Positions 9,656 through 19,765 of a stretch of 64,000 nt of DNA are shown here, in pieces (position 1 is the stretch's first letter; the number at the start of each line of letters is the position of its first letter). The stretch spans positions 160,001 to 224,000 of the forward strand of contig JAWXAQ010000008.1 in assembly GCA_034439575.1 (NCBI GenBank), given 5' to 3'. The stretch is from Leptospira sp. (GTDB taxonomy: Bacteria > Spirochaetota > Leptospiria > Leptospirales > Leptospiraceae). The notes under the pieces were generated by a model. The model ran no database searches. It was not told the origin of the DNA and saw nothing but the letters and a program-made list of their open reading frames with translations. The translations under genes and the position numbers were made by a program.

Positions 9656-11734
9656 CTAAATTTCAACCAAGTCAATTTGCGAATTGACGGCTGGGTCATC
9701 ATCTCCTGGCATTAGGCGAGTGTATGTTCCATCCGAATTGAGACTACGAGCTTGTGTATTGTCTCGCAAAAGCAGATCAAAAATTTTGTTGATTCGTTTT
9801 TTATGTTTTTCTGTTAAAATTGGAAACATAACTTCAATTCGGCGCTGGAAGTTTCTTGGCATACAATCCGCAGAGGCAAGATACACTTCGGATTTGCCTG
9901 CATTTTGAAATAAGTAAATACGGGAATGTTCCAGATAACGGCCAACAATGGAACGAACACTAATGTTATTGGAAACACCTGGAATGCCTGGACGAAGGCA
10001 ACAGATCCCACGAATGATCAGGTCAATTTTTACACCCGCTTGCGATGCTTCATACAATTTCATAATGATATCAGGGTCAACAAGCGAATTCATTTTAAAT
10101 ATGATACGAGCTTCTTTTTTTGCGAGCGCATTGTCTGCTTCTCTTTGTATAAGTCTCAGAAATTCTTCTTTGAGAAATGTGGGTGCCGCATGAATACGTG
10201 TTAGTCTAGGCATCTTGCCCGAACTAGTGATCGTATTAAAAAGTATGGCTACATCTTCTGTAATTTCTGGATTTGCTGTGAAAAGGCTGATGTCTGTATA
10301 AAATCTGGCTGTGGTGGAATTGTAATTTCCTGTGCCTAGATGCACATAACGATTTAGTTTGTCATCTTCTCTACGAACTATCAGTAACATTTTGCAATGG
10401 ATTTTTAAACCGACGACTCCATACACAACATGCACGCCTGAATCTTCCAGTTTTTTGGCCCATCGAATATTTCGTTCTTCATCAAAGCGTGCTTTTAATT
10501 CAACGAGAACAGTTACTTGTTTTCCATTCTCAGCCGCTTCACCTAAGTATTGTATAATGGGTGAGTCTCCAGAAGTCCTATATAATGTCATTTTGATCGC
10601 CAACACTTTCGGATCTTGGCTTGCGATCTTTAACATATCTTCTATAGATTTAAAACTTTCGTATGGATGGTGGAGAAGGTGGTCATTTTTTCTAATTTCT
10701 GAAAAAATGGATTCACTCTTTTTGATGGCAAATCCTGCTTTGGGAACGGGATAAGAAAATTTCAAATGACTAGTTTTTGGTAGTGATTGAAAAAACATCA
10801 AATCGTTTAAGTTGAGTAAGGTGGGAATCTCCATGACTTGGTAATCATCCAATTCTAATAAATCCCTCAAAATATCTCTGATGTGACCTGCTCCACTATG
10901 AACATCCAAACGAATGGCATCACCCCACATTCGATTTTTTAATTCATTTTTCATAGTTGTAAGTAAATCACCTATGTTTTGTTCTTCGTTGATGGAAATG
11001 TCTGCATCACGAACAATTTTAAATGTATGAATTTGTTTTACGTTCATACCATAGAAAAGATCACCTAAATGAAGTTTGATTATTTCTTCTAATGGGAAAT
11101 ATCGTCTTTCTTTACTATCTGATTTTTGGGGTAATTGTAAAAATCGAGGCAATACACTTGGAACTTGCACAATCGCAAAAAGTTCTTTTACTTTATTTTT
11201 ATCATCATCCGAATAAAGAGTGATTCCTAAATTGAGCGTTCGATTTAAAATATGAGGAAAAGGATGGGATGGATCTATCGCGAGTGGTGTGAGTATCGAT
11301 GATACTTCTCGTTTATAATAATCTTTTACAAATTGTATATCATCGCCCGCAAGGTCTGCTGGATCTTGGATCACTAAAATATTGTTTTCTTTAAGCTCTG
11401 TTAGGATGTCATCCAAACAAGTATACTGTTGTTCTACCATTGTGGATACTTTTTGGTAGAGTTCGGAAACGACTTCTGAGGTTCGTTTGCCATTTAGGCC
11501 CTTTTCTTCTATGCCTGCTTTTTTTAAATTGATAAGGCCTGCGACTCTCACCATGAAAAATTCATCCAGATTTGACTCTGTGATGCATAAAAATTTGAGT
11601 CGTTCTAAAATTGGATTTGTTTTGTCTAAGGCTTCGGCTAGGACTCGGAAATTGAAATCAACCCAAGAAAGTTCACGATCAAAGAAGATATTTGGGTTTC
11701 CAATTTCTATTTTTTCTGGCACACTAGCAGTCAT
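9656..11734 (-). CDS. ppk1: Polyphosphate kinase 1
   Basis: FDRELSWVDFNFRVL, NLDEFFMVRVAGL, LHHPYESF, KARFDEERNI, KIHCK, HLGTGNYN, GRYLEHSRI; likely start MTASV at 11734. Confidence 0.97.
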   Translation of the reverse strand: MTASVPEKIEIGNPNIFFDRELSWVDFNFRVLAEALDKTNPILERLKFLCITESNLDEFFMVRVAGLINLKKAGIEEKGLNGKRTSEVVSELYQKVSTMVEQQYTCLDDILTELKENNILVIQDPADLAGDDIQFVKDYYKREVSSILTPLAIDPSHPFPHILNRTLNLGITLYSDDDKNKVKELFAIVQVPSVLPRFLQLPQKSDSKERRYFPLEEIIKLHLGDLFYGMNVKQIHTFKIVRDADISINEEQNIGDLLTTMKNELKNRMWGDAIRLDVHSGAGHIRDILRDLLELDDYQVMEIPTLLNLNDLMFFQSLPKTSHLKFSYPVPKAGFAIKKSESIFSEIRKNDHLLHHPYESFKSIEDMLKIASQDPKVLAIKMTLYRTSGDSPIIQYLGEAAENGKQVTVLVELKARFDEERNIRWAKKLEDSGVHVVYGVVGLKIHCKMLLIVRREDDKLNRYVHLGTGNYNSTTARFYTDISLFTANPEITEDVAILFNTITSSGKMPRLTRIHAAPTFLKEEFLRLIQREADNALAKKEARIIFKMNSLVDPDIIMKLYEASQAGVKIDLIIRGICCLRPGIPGVSNNISVRSIVGRYLEHSRIYLFQNAGKSEVYLASADCMPRNFQRRIEVMFPILTEKHKKRINKIFDLLLRDNTQARSLNSDGTYTRLMPGDDDPAVNSQIDLVEI

Positions 11735-11825
11735 AATTCTAGAATTCGGGAAGGAAAAATTCTGTAAATTCCTAATCATTTAGAAGAATTCGACGACACT
11801 AGAATTGAGGGTTATAGGGAAACAG

Positions 11826-13748
11826 ATGCCAGCATACACAATGCCAGGTCTAATGACCGGCCAAAATACCAATGAAATCGTAAAAAAACTCGTCGAATTG
11901 GAACGAAGGCCCATTAAACGTTGGGAAACTGAGAACGAATATGCAAAAACCCAGGTGCAAGTTTGGAATGAAGTTAAAAATTTAACAGCAAACCTCCAAA
12001 CAAAAACGCGCGCCCTGACTTCTTTTACAGCACCTTTTGCCACAAAATCTATCACATCCTCCACAGAAGGAGTGATCACAGGGGAAGCTTCACGCGCTGC
12101 CAAATCTGGGGAAAGGCCAATTGAAATCGTTGAACTTGCCGCCAAACACCAAGTTTCTGGTGTGGAAGTCGACACAGATGTGAAATTACCTGCTGGAACA
12201 TTTACAATTATCTCAGGAAATCATTCAGAAAAAATTACATTTACAGGCGGGACTCTCTCTGACTTATCAGCTAGCATTCGTAATGTGGCAGGAAGTATCG
12301 CTCAATCTACAATTATCAAAATTGATAAAGACTCATCTCTCATGACTGTGATTGCAGTGAAGACAGGAAAATTGAATGCATTGCAATTTTCTGATCCAGA
12401 TGGCATCTTAAAATTGGCAGGTCTTGTCGGTGAAAATAAAGCTGGTGGAGAAACTGTCATCACACCCATCTCACTCGATATAACGAGCGCTATTCCCTAT
12501 GAAGAGACTAAATACAAAAATACGATTTTACCTGGAAACACTCCGAACAAAACTGAAACAGGTATCATTTTCAAACCAGATACTGCATTTTTGTTTTCCA
12601 ATGAGAAGAATGAAATCCCACCACGCGCCTATTTAGAGTTTAGTGTTGTAGGTGAGGCGCCGGCTGTTTGGGAAATGGGATTTATTTTTGAAAGAGAAGG
12701 AAATCTCAGAACCAAATTAATTCCTGTTGTCGCAAAAGATGGGAAATACCAATTGCAAATCGGTGATCTGGCAGAAGGGAAAAACCTAAAAAAAATAATC
12801 ATCACAAATACTTCTGCGGCTGATATACAACTCGGATCAGTTGCACTGATTGCACCACCAAAACCTGGTACGGCGGAACCTATGAAAGTTCTAGCCGAAG
12901 CAAAAGATGCCAAGTTTAAAATTGACGGAGTAGAAATTACACGTGAATCAAATGAAGCCATTGCGGATGTTTTGGAAGGAATATCATTTAACATTCATAA
13001 AGTTACTACAGAACCTGTCACTCTAAACATACATGTAGATCACCAAAAAGGTATGACACTTGTTAAAGAGTGGGTTCAGGCATATAATGATCTTATGAAA
13101 TTTTCTAAAGAAGTAACTTCTGTAGAAAAAAATTCAAAAATTTCAGATGCGAAACCTTCCGAAAATACAAAGGATTTAGATATTTCCAAAGAATTTTGGG
13201 ATAACAAAGTTAAGTCGGGAATTCTTGCAGGAGAGAATTCTGTTTTAAGACTAATTGCCAGTATGAAAACTGTGGCTAACTCGTATTATCCGGCAACGAA
13301 AGATGGTGGTTATCGAGTTTTAACAGATATTGGAATATCGACTGGTGCCGTCGGTTCAAATTGGGAAAAAATCCAGGAAGGATTACTTGTCGTAGACGAT
13401 GAAAAACTCGCATCAGCATTGGGTGATAATCCAGATGGTCTTCGTGAATTGTTCGCATCCGATACAAATAATGATGCCAAAATGGAAGATGGGGTTGGTA
13501 TCAGATTATTAGATACACTAAAACCTTACAATCAGTATGCGTCAGGAATTATCACGAGTAAGGTGAAGTTAATTGAAGAAAATGTTGCTGGAAATAATAA
13601 AAAGATCAAAGAACACGAATCCCATTTGGTCGGGTATGAAGCAAAATTAAAACAAAGATTTCTCTATATGGAACAAGGCGTAGGGAAAAACAAATCAGTC
13701 GGAAATTATTTGCAAAATAATATGTTTAGAGGAAACGGTCAGGAATAA
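11826..13748 (+). CDS. fliD: Flagellar filament capping protein FliD (HAP2)
   Basis: N-terminal PGLMTGQNTNEIVKKLVELERRP, DAKFKIDGVEITRESN, WVQAYNDL, LTDIGISTG and a C-terminal coiled coil; likely start MPAYTM at 11826. Confidence 0.93.
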   Translation: MPAYTMPGLMTGQNTNEIVKKLVELERRPIKRWETENEYAKTQVQVWNEVKNLTANLQTKTRALTSFTAPFATKSITSSTEGVITGEASRAAKSGERPIEIVELAAKHQVSGVEVDTDVKLPAGTFTIISGNHSEKITFTGGTLSDLSASIRNVAGSIAQSTIIKIDKDSSLMTVIAVKTGKLNALQFSDPDGILKLAGLVGENKAGGETVITPISLDITSAIPYEETKYKNTILPGNTPNKTETGIIFKPDTAFLFSNEKNEIPPRAYLEFSVVGEAPAVWEMGFIFEREGNLRTKLIPVVAKDGKYQLQIGDLAEGKNLKKIIITNTSAADIQLGSVALIAPPKPGTAEPMKVLAEAKDAKFKIDGVEITRESNEAIADVLEGISFNIHKVTTEPVTLNIHVDHQKGMTLVKEWVQAYNDLMKFSKEVTSVEKNSKISDAKPSENTKDLDISKEFWDNKVKSGILAGENSVLRLIASMKTVANSYYPATKDGGYRVLTDIGISTGAVGSNWEKIQEGLLVVDDEKLASALGDNPDGLRELFASDTNNDAKMEDGVGIRLLDTLKPYNQYASGIITSKVKLIEENVAGNNKKIKEHESHLVGYEAKLKQRFLYMEQGVGKNKSVGNYLQNNMFRGNGQE

Positions 13749-13749
13749 T

Positions 13750-14712
13750 ATGAATATTTTTATCAACGAACAAAAGTTAGAAACTACCTTGAATGGCGAA
13801 ACCAATCTTGGCCAAGTATTGGATGAAATTCAAAAATGGATTGAATCGAATGGCAAATATTTAAGACATTTTACTGTCAATGGTGCAGAAATTAACCGTT
13901 CCGAATTGCAGAAAGTAGAACTGAGTGAAGCTGAACGTTTGGATCTTTTTGTAGGAGAAGAGCTTGATATTATAGAAGATAGTTTGATCGAGTTAGATCT
14001 TTATGTTGATAAAGTCGGCTCTACTTTGGTCGGTCGGGATTCTTTAACCGAAAAAGAAACATTGGATTTACAGGAAGGTATACCGTGGGTTGAATCCATG
14101 TTAGTATCTACAAAAAATCTTCTACATCTTAACCTAACATCAATTCGCCCGATGGGCAAAGGTAAAAATGTAGAAGAAATTATCGCCTCACTAAAAGCAG
14201 GATCAACGAATTTAGATAGTTCAAATTCTATAGAATTGTTTTTAGAAGACCTACGCGATTTAAAACTTTTTCTAATGGATTTGAGTGCTCGTTTGGCAGT
14301 GATTCGTATGGATGACAGCGAATTACTCGCCATAGTATCTAAGTTTGTTGATGAGAAAGATAAAATCATAAAAGATTTTATGCTTGTGAATGAAAATTTT
14401 CAATCTGGTAAAGATTTTTTGGCTACAGAAATCATGACGGATGCTGTTGGTAGATTGAATGCACTGATTTCTGCTATGGTGTCTATTCAAGGTCGTCATT
14501 CTGAAATCAATTGGGCAGATTTTAAAGCAGGAGACAAAACACTTTCGGAAGTAACAATCGCCTTAAATGATTCACTGGGAAATGTTGCTACTGCAATGGA
14601 AAAAAATGATATCGTATATGCAGGTGATATTTTGGAATATGAGCTTCCTGAACTTCTTGAAAATATGATACCGCTACTTAAAGAAATGTTAGCAGTCGTT
14701 AGCGTTATGTAA
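13750..14712 (+). CDS. Conserved acidic hypothetical protein co-transcribed with fliD
   Basis: Starts 1 nt after the fliD stop; 320 aa helical protein with C-terminal DIVYAGDILEYEL, a motif seen in flagellar-locus hypotheticals. Confidence 0.75.
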   Translation: MNIFINEQKLETTLNGETNLGQVLDEIQKWIESNGKYLRHFTVNGAEINRSELQKVELSEAERLDLFVGEELDIIEDSLIELDLYVDKVGSTLVGRDSLTEKETLDLQEGIPWVESMLVSTKNLLHLNLTSIRPMGKGKNVEEIIASLKAGSTNLDSSNSIELFLEDLRDLKLFLMDLSARLAVIRMDDSELLAIVSKFVDEKDKIIKDFMLVNENFQSGKDFLATEIMTDAVGRLNALISAMVSIQGRHSEINWADFKAGDKTLSEVTIALNDSLGNVATAMEKNDIVYAGDILEYELPELLENMIPLLKEMLAVVSVM

Positions 14713-14722
14713 TAAGGTAATT

Positions 14723-14920
14723 TTAAGATTTCGAAATCAGACGGGAGCTGAGCCAAAAAATAAAGCCAGCTCCTAAAAGTACCATCCCCCAAATGAGATT
14801 GATATTTTGACCCAAAGATACAGAGTACATTGTATCACCATTGGTAAAAAACCCATAAACACAAAGAATCGAACCTAAAATCAGAAACAGATAGCCTAGA
14901 ATTTCAGAGAAATTTAACAT
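14723..14920 (-). CDS. Small two-TM membrane protein
   Basis: 65 aa with two hydrophobic helices around SLGQNINLIWG. Confidence 0.7.
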   Translation of the reverse strand: MLNFSEILGYLFLILGSILCVYGFFTNGDTMYSVSLGQNINLIWGMVLLGAGFIFWLSSRLISKS

Positions 14921-15044
14921 TCGTTCACCTTATGTTATATCCTTAATGACTTAGTATTATTATCATTGAAATATAAAATCAATTCATTTATTGAATCAAC
15001 AATTGCTTTCAAAACGATCACAACAAATAAAATAGTACAAAGTC

Positions 15045-15791
15045 ATGGCCATTTTTTTAGATCTTGATAATACCATCCTACCTTCCAAACCCGCTTATGA
15101 TTATGCTATCAAACAATTGGCATTTGATTGGGAAAATAAGGGAATCGGAAGTAATGAAGAATTTACGAATATATATTTATCTTCTCGTGAAATTGTTAAA
15201 AAACAATTATTGCACCACACTTCCAATCGATTGAGGTTACTTTGCTTTAAACATATGTTAGCCGAAAAAAACTCCGGTATCTCAACTCACGATATGGAAT
15301 TTTTATTGTGGCTCGAGGATCGTTATTATTTTCATTTTGAAACTTCATTACAAAATGCAAAATCAAATGATCCAAATTGGCAGAGTCTCATTTCCTACTT
15401 GGAAAAGTTATTCCAAAAACATTCTGTTTGGATTTTGACAAATGAAACTTTACGAACTCAGCTAATGAAATTAAAGGCATTTTTTCCACCTTCCATCAAA
15501 TGGAATTTGATTACTTCAGAAGAAATCGGTCTCGAAAAACCAGACTCAAATTACTTTAATTATGCGCTAAGAATTTCTGGTTCATTACCAAATAAAACAT
15601 TTATGGTCGGTGATAATTTAGAAGATGATATATTTGGAGCATCGAAGTGTGGTATTCATGCAATTCATTTATTATCGATCTTTGGTGAGGACAAACAAGT
15701 AAAAGAAGTGAATGGCAAAGGCAACACCCACTACCATTCCACTTCTAATATTTATTCTGCGATAGAATTCGGCTTAAATAGGTTTTCTTAG
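15045..15791 (+). CDS. HAD-superfamily hydrolase
   Basis: Motif I DLDNT, motif II LTN, motif III/IV EKPD...MVGDNLEDDIFGA. Confidence 0.9.
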   Translation: MAIFLDLDNTILPSKPAYDYAIKQLAFDWENKGIGSNEEFTNIYLSSREIVKKQLLHHTSNRLRLLCFKHMLAEKNSGISTHDMEFLLWLEDRYYFHFETSLQNAKSNDPNWQSLISYLEKLFQKHSVWILTNETLRTQLMKLKAFFPPSIKWNLITSEEIGLEKPDSNYFNYALRISGSLPNKTFMVGDNLEDDIFGASKCGIHAIHLLSIFGEDKQVKEVNGKGNTHYHSTSNIYSAIEFGLNRFS

Positions 15792-16649
15792 AGTTATAAA
15801 GAGGGTATTGTTCCAGTTAATTTTTCTGAAGCTGATGGCAAAAATAAACTTTGTGATCAAATAATAAGCTAACTTCGCATAGACTGCTATTTTGCTTTTT
15901 GAGCCAGATACGGAAAGGATTGGCATAAGGACTTTGTATCTCGGATTTTCAAAACCACATTGTTTGCCAAGTTCTGCAAGAGTAAACATTTTGTAATTGT
16001 TGACATGATCTTTTGCTTCCAGGTAATGTCCGTTTGGTTGCATGCCTTTGAGTTTTACTTTTAGATTTGCTTTGAAGAGTTGGATGGGAAAATTTGGAGT
16101 CTGTAAAAATAAAATGCCACCCGGTTTGAGCAGGGTAAATAAATAATTAAGTAGGGAATGAGGTTTAGGGATATGTTCTATGACATCCCAGAGTGTGATG
16201 ATATCAAAAGAATTTTCAGGTAGTTTTGAATTTTGCACTAAACCAGAGTGAACTGTCGTTAGACCATTGTTTTTTTTAGCAAATTCCACGGCTTGTGTAG
16301 AAATTTCATATCCGACTGCTTGCCAATTTGGCTTGGAAGTTAACACTGATTTTACGAAAAATCCGAGCCCACATCCTACATCTAATAAATTTCCCTGTTC
16401 GGATTTTAGATAAGTCGAGATAAAGTCTTTATAAACTGCCCTGTGAGCCGTATCCCACCATTCTAAATCGTAACTTTGGTTTTCGCCTTCCCAATAACCG
16501 TCGTAATGTTCTTCTTGTTCATATGAAGAAAATACATGACCACAATTATTACATTCTAGAATCGGGATTCCGTTTTCATTAAATACAGTTTTGGAATCGG
16601 TGGAAGAACATAGGATACAATGTTTCATATAGGATTTGTGCTTATACAC
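15774..16649 (-). CDS. Class I SAM-dependent methyltransferase with N-terminal Zn-finger-like Cys cluster
   Basis: CILC...CNNCG; LLDVGCGLG; FDIITLWDVIEHI; LKPGG. Confidence 0.88.
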   Translation of the reverse strand: MYKHKSYMKHCILCSSTDSKTVFNENGIPILECNNCGHVFSSYEQEEHYDGYWEGENQSYDLEWWDTAHRAVYKDFISTYLKSEQGNLLDVGCGLGFFVKSVLTSKPNWQAVGYEISTQAVEFAKKNNGLTTVHSGLVQNSKLPENSFDIITLWDVIEHIPKPHSLLNYLFTLLKPGGILFLQTPNFPIQLFKANLKVKLKGMQPNGHYLEAKDHVNNYKMFTLAELGKQCGFENPRYKVLMPILSVSGSKSKIAVYAKLAYYLITKFIFAISFRKINWNNTLFITLRKPI

Positions 16650-16745
16650 TGATTTTCCCTTGGCATCGGGTCAAACCAAAAAACCCTTCGATCTTGCTTG
16701 CCATCCCAGTCCAAATTAAAAGATTAGGTTAAAGAGTAAGGCATC

Positions 16746-17588
16746 ATGAAGATTCAATTCACAAAGATGGAAGGCATTGGCAACGATTATGTTTATATAG
16801 ATGCCACAAAAAATGACATTCGGCTCAGCCCAGAACAAATTCAAAAAGTTTCGGATCGCAACTTTGGAATTGGTAGTGATGGAGTCATTTTTATCCGAAA
16901 TTCCAATTCTGGCGAATTTCAAATGGATATGTACAACTCGGATGGTAGCTCCTCTGAAATGTGCGGTAATGGAGTGCGCTGTGTGGGAAAGTATGTTTTT
17001 GACCACGGCCTTACCAAAAACAAGCAACCAAAGATAGAAACGGGGAAGGGCGTTCTCACTTTAGATTTATCCACAGATAGCGCGGGACAAGTTAATATGG
17101 TTTCTGTCGATATGGGGGAACCTATTTTAAAACCTAGCCTAATACCGATTCAATGGAAGGGGGATGATCCTGTTATCAATCAATCGATTGAAGTAAATGG
17201 GAAGACATATCAATTTACGGCCGTTAGTATGGGGAATCCTCATTGTGTGATCTTTGTGGATGACGCGGATTCATTTCCCGTGCACGAGATTGGACCTATC
17301 ATCGAAAATCACCCTTTATTTCCCAAAAGAGTGAATGTAGAATTTGTATCCATCAAAGGTAAAGACCATTTGTACCAAAGAACATGGGAACGCGGTGCTG
17401 GTGAGACATTGGCTTGCGGTACAGGTGCTTGTGCTGTAATGGTTGCGGCAGTATTAAACAACAAAACTGGTAAAAAGGTAGAAATCGATTTAAAGGGCGG
17501 TCGTCTCCATATTGAATGGAAAGAAAATGGAAATGTGATTATGACTGGTCCCGCCAAAGAAGTGTTTAGCGGCACAATAGAAGTTTAA
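16746..17588 (+). CDS. dapF: Diaminopimelate epimerase
   Basis: [44 protein letters not shown]. Confidence 0.97.
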   Translation: MKIQFTKMEGIGNDYVYIDATKNDIRLSPEQIQKVSDRNFGIGSDGVIFIRNSNSGEFQMDMYNSDGSSSEMCGNGVRCVGKYVFDHGLTKNKQPKIETGKGVLTLDLSTDSAGQVNMVSVDMGEPILKPSLIPIQWKGDDPVINQSIEVNGKTYQFTAVSMGNPHCVIFVDDADSFPVHEIGPIIENHPLFPKRVNVEFVSIKGKDHLYQRTWERGAGETLACGTGACAVMVAAVLNNKTGKKVEIDLKGGRLHIEWKENGNVIMTGPAKEVFSGTIEV

Positions 17589-18314
17589 TTATTTTCTGAT
17601 AAAGTCCGCTTTTTGCAAATCAGCCATCCGACGTTTGGCTTCATCAGATACCGCTCTCATCCCTTGCTCGAGGGGAAGGTGTGAATAGTCTTGGTATTTA
17701 ATAACTTCGCCAAACACAAGATTGACTTTTTTATAAACAACTCTCTTTTTTATATCACAAACTTCCTTAGGCATCCCCATAAAAGAACGAACTAGAGGAG
17801 GGATCGGATAATCAGAAATTGTTTCTTCTTCGGGAATGATGACAGAAGGTAACACATCTACTTTGTTTCTGAGACTGAAGGCCGCAAATCCATGATGGAA
17901 ATTCGCCAAAGGCCCGTTAAAGTCGTTCTTGACCATATAATCATGACCTTCGGGAAAAATTCCCAAAACATCACCATTTTTAAATACTTGTTGTACTTTT
18001 TTGATACTGGCGATAGAAATGTTTCCGTCGATTGCCATTGGAATTGTGCCTGTTTTTTCGACTAAGTCTTTGAAAAGGGGAATCCGCGTTGTGTACTCAG
18101 CGGCTATCCAAGATATAAATCTGGGAAATGCTGATCCTATGACAAAGGGATCCATATCACTTCTATGATTACAAGTTAGGATTAACTTTCCTGTGGGAAC
18201 AATATTGTGATATCCGTAGACATTTGTCGTAACGGCCAAATTAAAAAATGGAGTTATAAATTTTTTAATATTCTCAACATTTTTCTTTGCCTGGTCAACG
18301 ATTGGGTTTTCCAT
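17589..18314 (-). CDS. Lysophospholipid (1-acyl-sn-glycerol-3-phosphate) acyltransferase family protein
   Basis: NHRSDMD (HX4D) and IFPEG motifs; likely start MENPIV at 18314. Confidence 0.85.
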   Translation of the reverse strand: MENPIVDQAKKNVENIKKFITPFFNLAVTTNVYGYHNIVPTGKLILTCNHRSDMDPFVIGSAFPRFISWIAAEYTTRIPLFKDLVEKTGTIPMAIDGNISIASIKKVQQVFKNGDVLGIFPEGHDYMVKNDFNGPLANFHHGFAAFSLRNKVDVLPSVIIPEEETISDYPIPPLVRSFMGMPKEVCDIKKRVVYKKVNLVFGEVIKYQDYSHLPLEQGMRAVSDEAKRRMADLQKADFIRK

Positions 18315-18316
18315 TC

Positions 18317-18613
18317 TTAATCTCCGATAATCTTTTTCCACCAAGATTTTGTTTGGTGGTCGGCATTTGAACCCGATGAAGATCTTGTCGAAGGATCAAT
18401 CTCACCTAATTCACCTGAATCATGTAAGGTGGGCGAGTCTTTTTTTCGTTTGCCCATGGAAGATTGAGTTGGCAGAGTTCGTTTGATCTCTTCCAACTCC
18501 CTTTGAGCGGCGGCACTTGACTTAAGATAGGCACGAATTTCATCCCACTGGGAATCATAATCATTACCATAAATAGCAAAATTCATTAGATCGATTCGAT
18601 CAAAATCGGGCAT
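18317..18613 (-). CDS. Hypothetical protein
   Basis: 98-aa ORF with ATG and upstream AAGGA; coupled to the acyltransferase; ends KSWWKKIIGD. Confidence 0.65.
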   Translation of the reverse strand: MPDFDRIDLMNFAIYGNDYDSQWDEIRAYLKSSAAAQRELEEIKRTLPTQSSMGKRKKDSPTLHDSGELGEIDPSTRSSSGSNADHQTKSWWKKIIGD

Positions 18614-18763
18614 TTGTTTCGGAATCCTTCCCTTATTTCCTTAGATTTCAGACTGAAATTTCATGGAATTCAATCCAATTTTTCCAAATAGAAGCGGTCT
18701 GACCACTAAAGAATTTTAATGGACGGCTTGAGATTCGGGGGTCGGATTCCCGATGATATAAAG

Positions 18764-18934
18764 GTGAGAGATAGAATCGAGTCGAAGAGACATAAGATCA
18801 AAAATTCAAACCAGAACCCATTTATCAATGCAAGCAACGTAATCCCGTTTCCGACAGGATTGCCAAATAAAGAGAAAATTTCTGACCTTTGTGAAGATTT
18901 GTTTTGCCCAAGCGAGAGCGAGCAGGAAGGCTAA
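18764..18934 (+). CDS. Small hypothetical protein (NVIPFP motif)
   Basis: ORF 18719..18934, with possible GTG start at 18764; ends 6 nt before the next gene. Confidence 0.4.
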   Translation: MRDRIESKRHKIKNSNQNPFINASNVIPFPTGLPNKEKISDLCEDLFCPSESEQEG

Positions 18935-18940
18935 TCTAGA

Positions 18941-19423
18941 ATGTTTTCCAAACTGCTAATTTTCTCTTTATTTTTCGTTTTTTTATCCAATTCCATGTGC
19001 CTTCGCTTGTGGATCGTTTCGGCGAAACATCGAACCGTGGAAGAAATTCGGGAAAACAAAAGTTACCAAAGGACACGTTCCTTTTTGAAAGCGAAACAAT
19101 GGTTAGAATACAAATTATCGCCGGAAATTTCAAAGATTGAAAAGGAAAACGCGGATGCAGGCACTATCCAGGGTGTAGGTCTTATACGATGTTATGTGCC
19201 GTATGGTGTCGGCGAAGTGGATGCCAACGAACATGAGTTTAACTATAGGATTAAGGTTCAGGATGGCAATGCTACCTTTGTCGTGGAAAAGATATTTTCC
19301 TTTATCAGAGATCCGAATGATATCATTTTAAATTATGGTCCGAAAGACGAAAAAGTAGCAAAAATAACGATTCGATCTTGTTTTAAACCTTTAATCGAAG
19401 ATTTTTTTGAATATATAAAATAG
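18941..19423 (+). CDS. Exported hypothetical protein, DUF4468-like (TBP-like fold)
   Basis: Signal-like N-terminus; pattern KAKQWL...ENADAGTIQGVG...YRIKVQDG resembles DUF4468. Confidence 0.55.
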   Translation: MFSKLLIFSLFFVFLSNSMCLRLWIVSAKHRTVEEIRENKSYQRTRSFLKAKQWLEYKLSPEISKIEKENADAGTIQGVGLIRCYVPYGVGEVDANEHEFNYRIKVQDGNATFVVEKIFSFIRDPNDIILNYGPKDEKVAKITIRSCFKPLIEDFFEYIK

Positions 19424-19440
19424 CTAGATAGATGTGTCGG

Positions 19441-19725
19441 CTAGCGACCGATAGGTGTGCCAGTCGCGGTTCCAGTGGAACCAGAAGTGTTTGTACCTGT
19501 GGACGAATTGGTCAAACCATAATAATCGAGATTTTGCGAATTTTGAATCGAAGTGGCATTTGGATCTGAGCTTGTGTTTTGGTTATTGTTTGCTGAAGAA
19601 CCAGATGAACCATTTTCATTCCCATCTCTAAGTAGATCCAAAATGTCTTGTTTGTTAATCAGACGATCACTACAATTCAAAATAAAAATTTGAAGTGCTA
19701 TGAGTCCCGCAATACGAAGTTTCAT
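19441..19725 (-). CDS. Small lipoprotein with Ser/Thr/Asn-rich disordered tail
   Basis: Spirochaetal lipobox ILNC; low-complexity C-terminus. Confidence 0.7.
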   Translation of the reverse strand: MKLRIAGLIALQIFILNCSDRLINKQDILDLLRDGNENGSSGSSANNNQNTSSDPNATSIQNSQNLDYYGLTNSSTGTNTSGSTGTATGTPIGR

Positions 19726-19765
19726 AATTCTATTCTAAGAGGATAACTATTATAAGGCAAGTAAT

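Noticed and set aside
16716-17575. ORFs overlapping dapF, and similar 60-150 aa ORFs inside ppk1, fliD, the cyclases and the phosphatases
   Set aside because: Antisense or alternate-frame shadows of well-supported genes, with no independent motifs.
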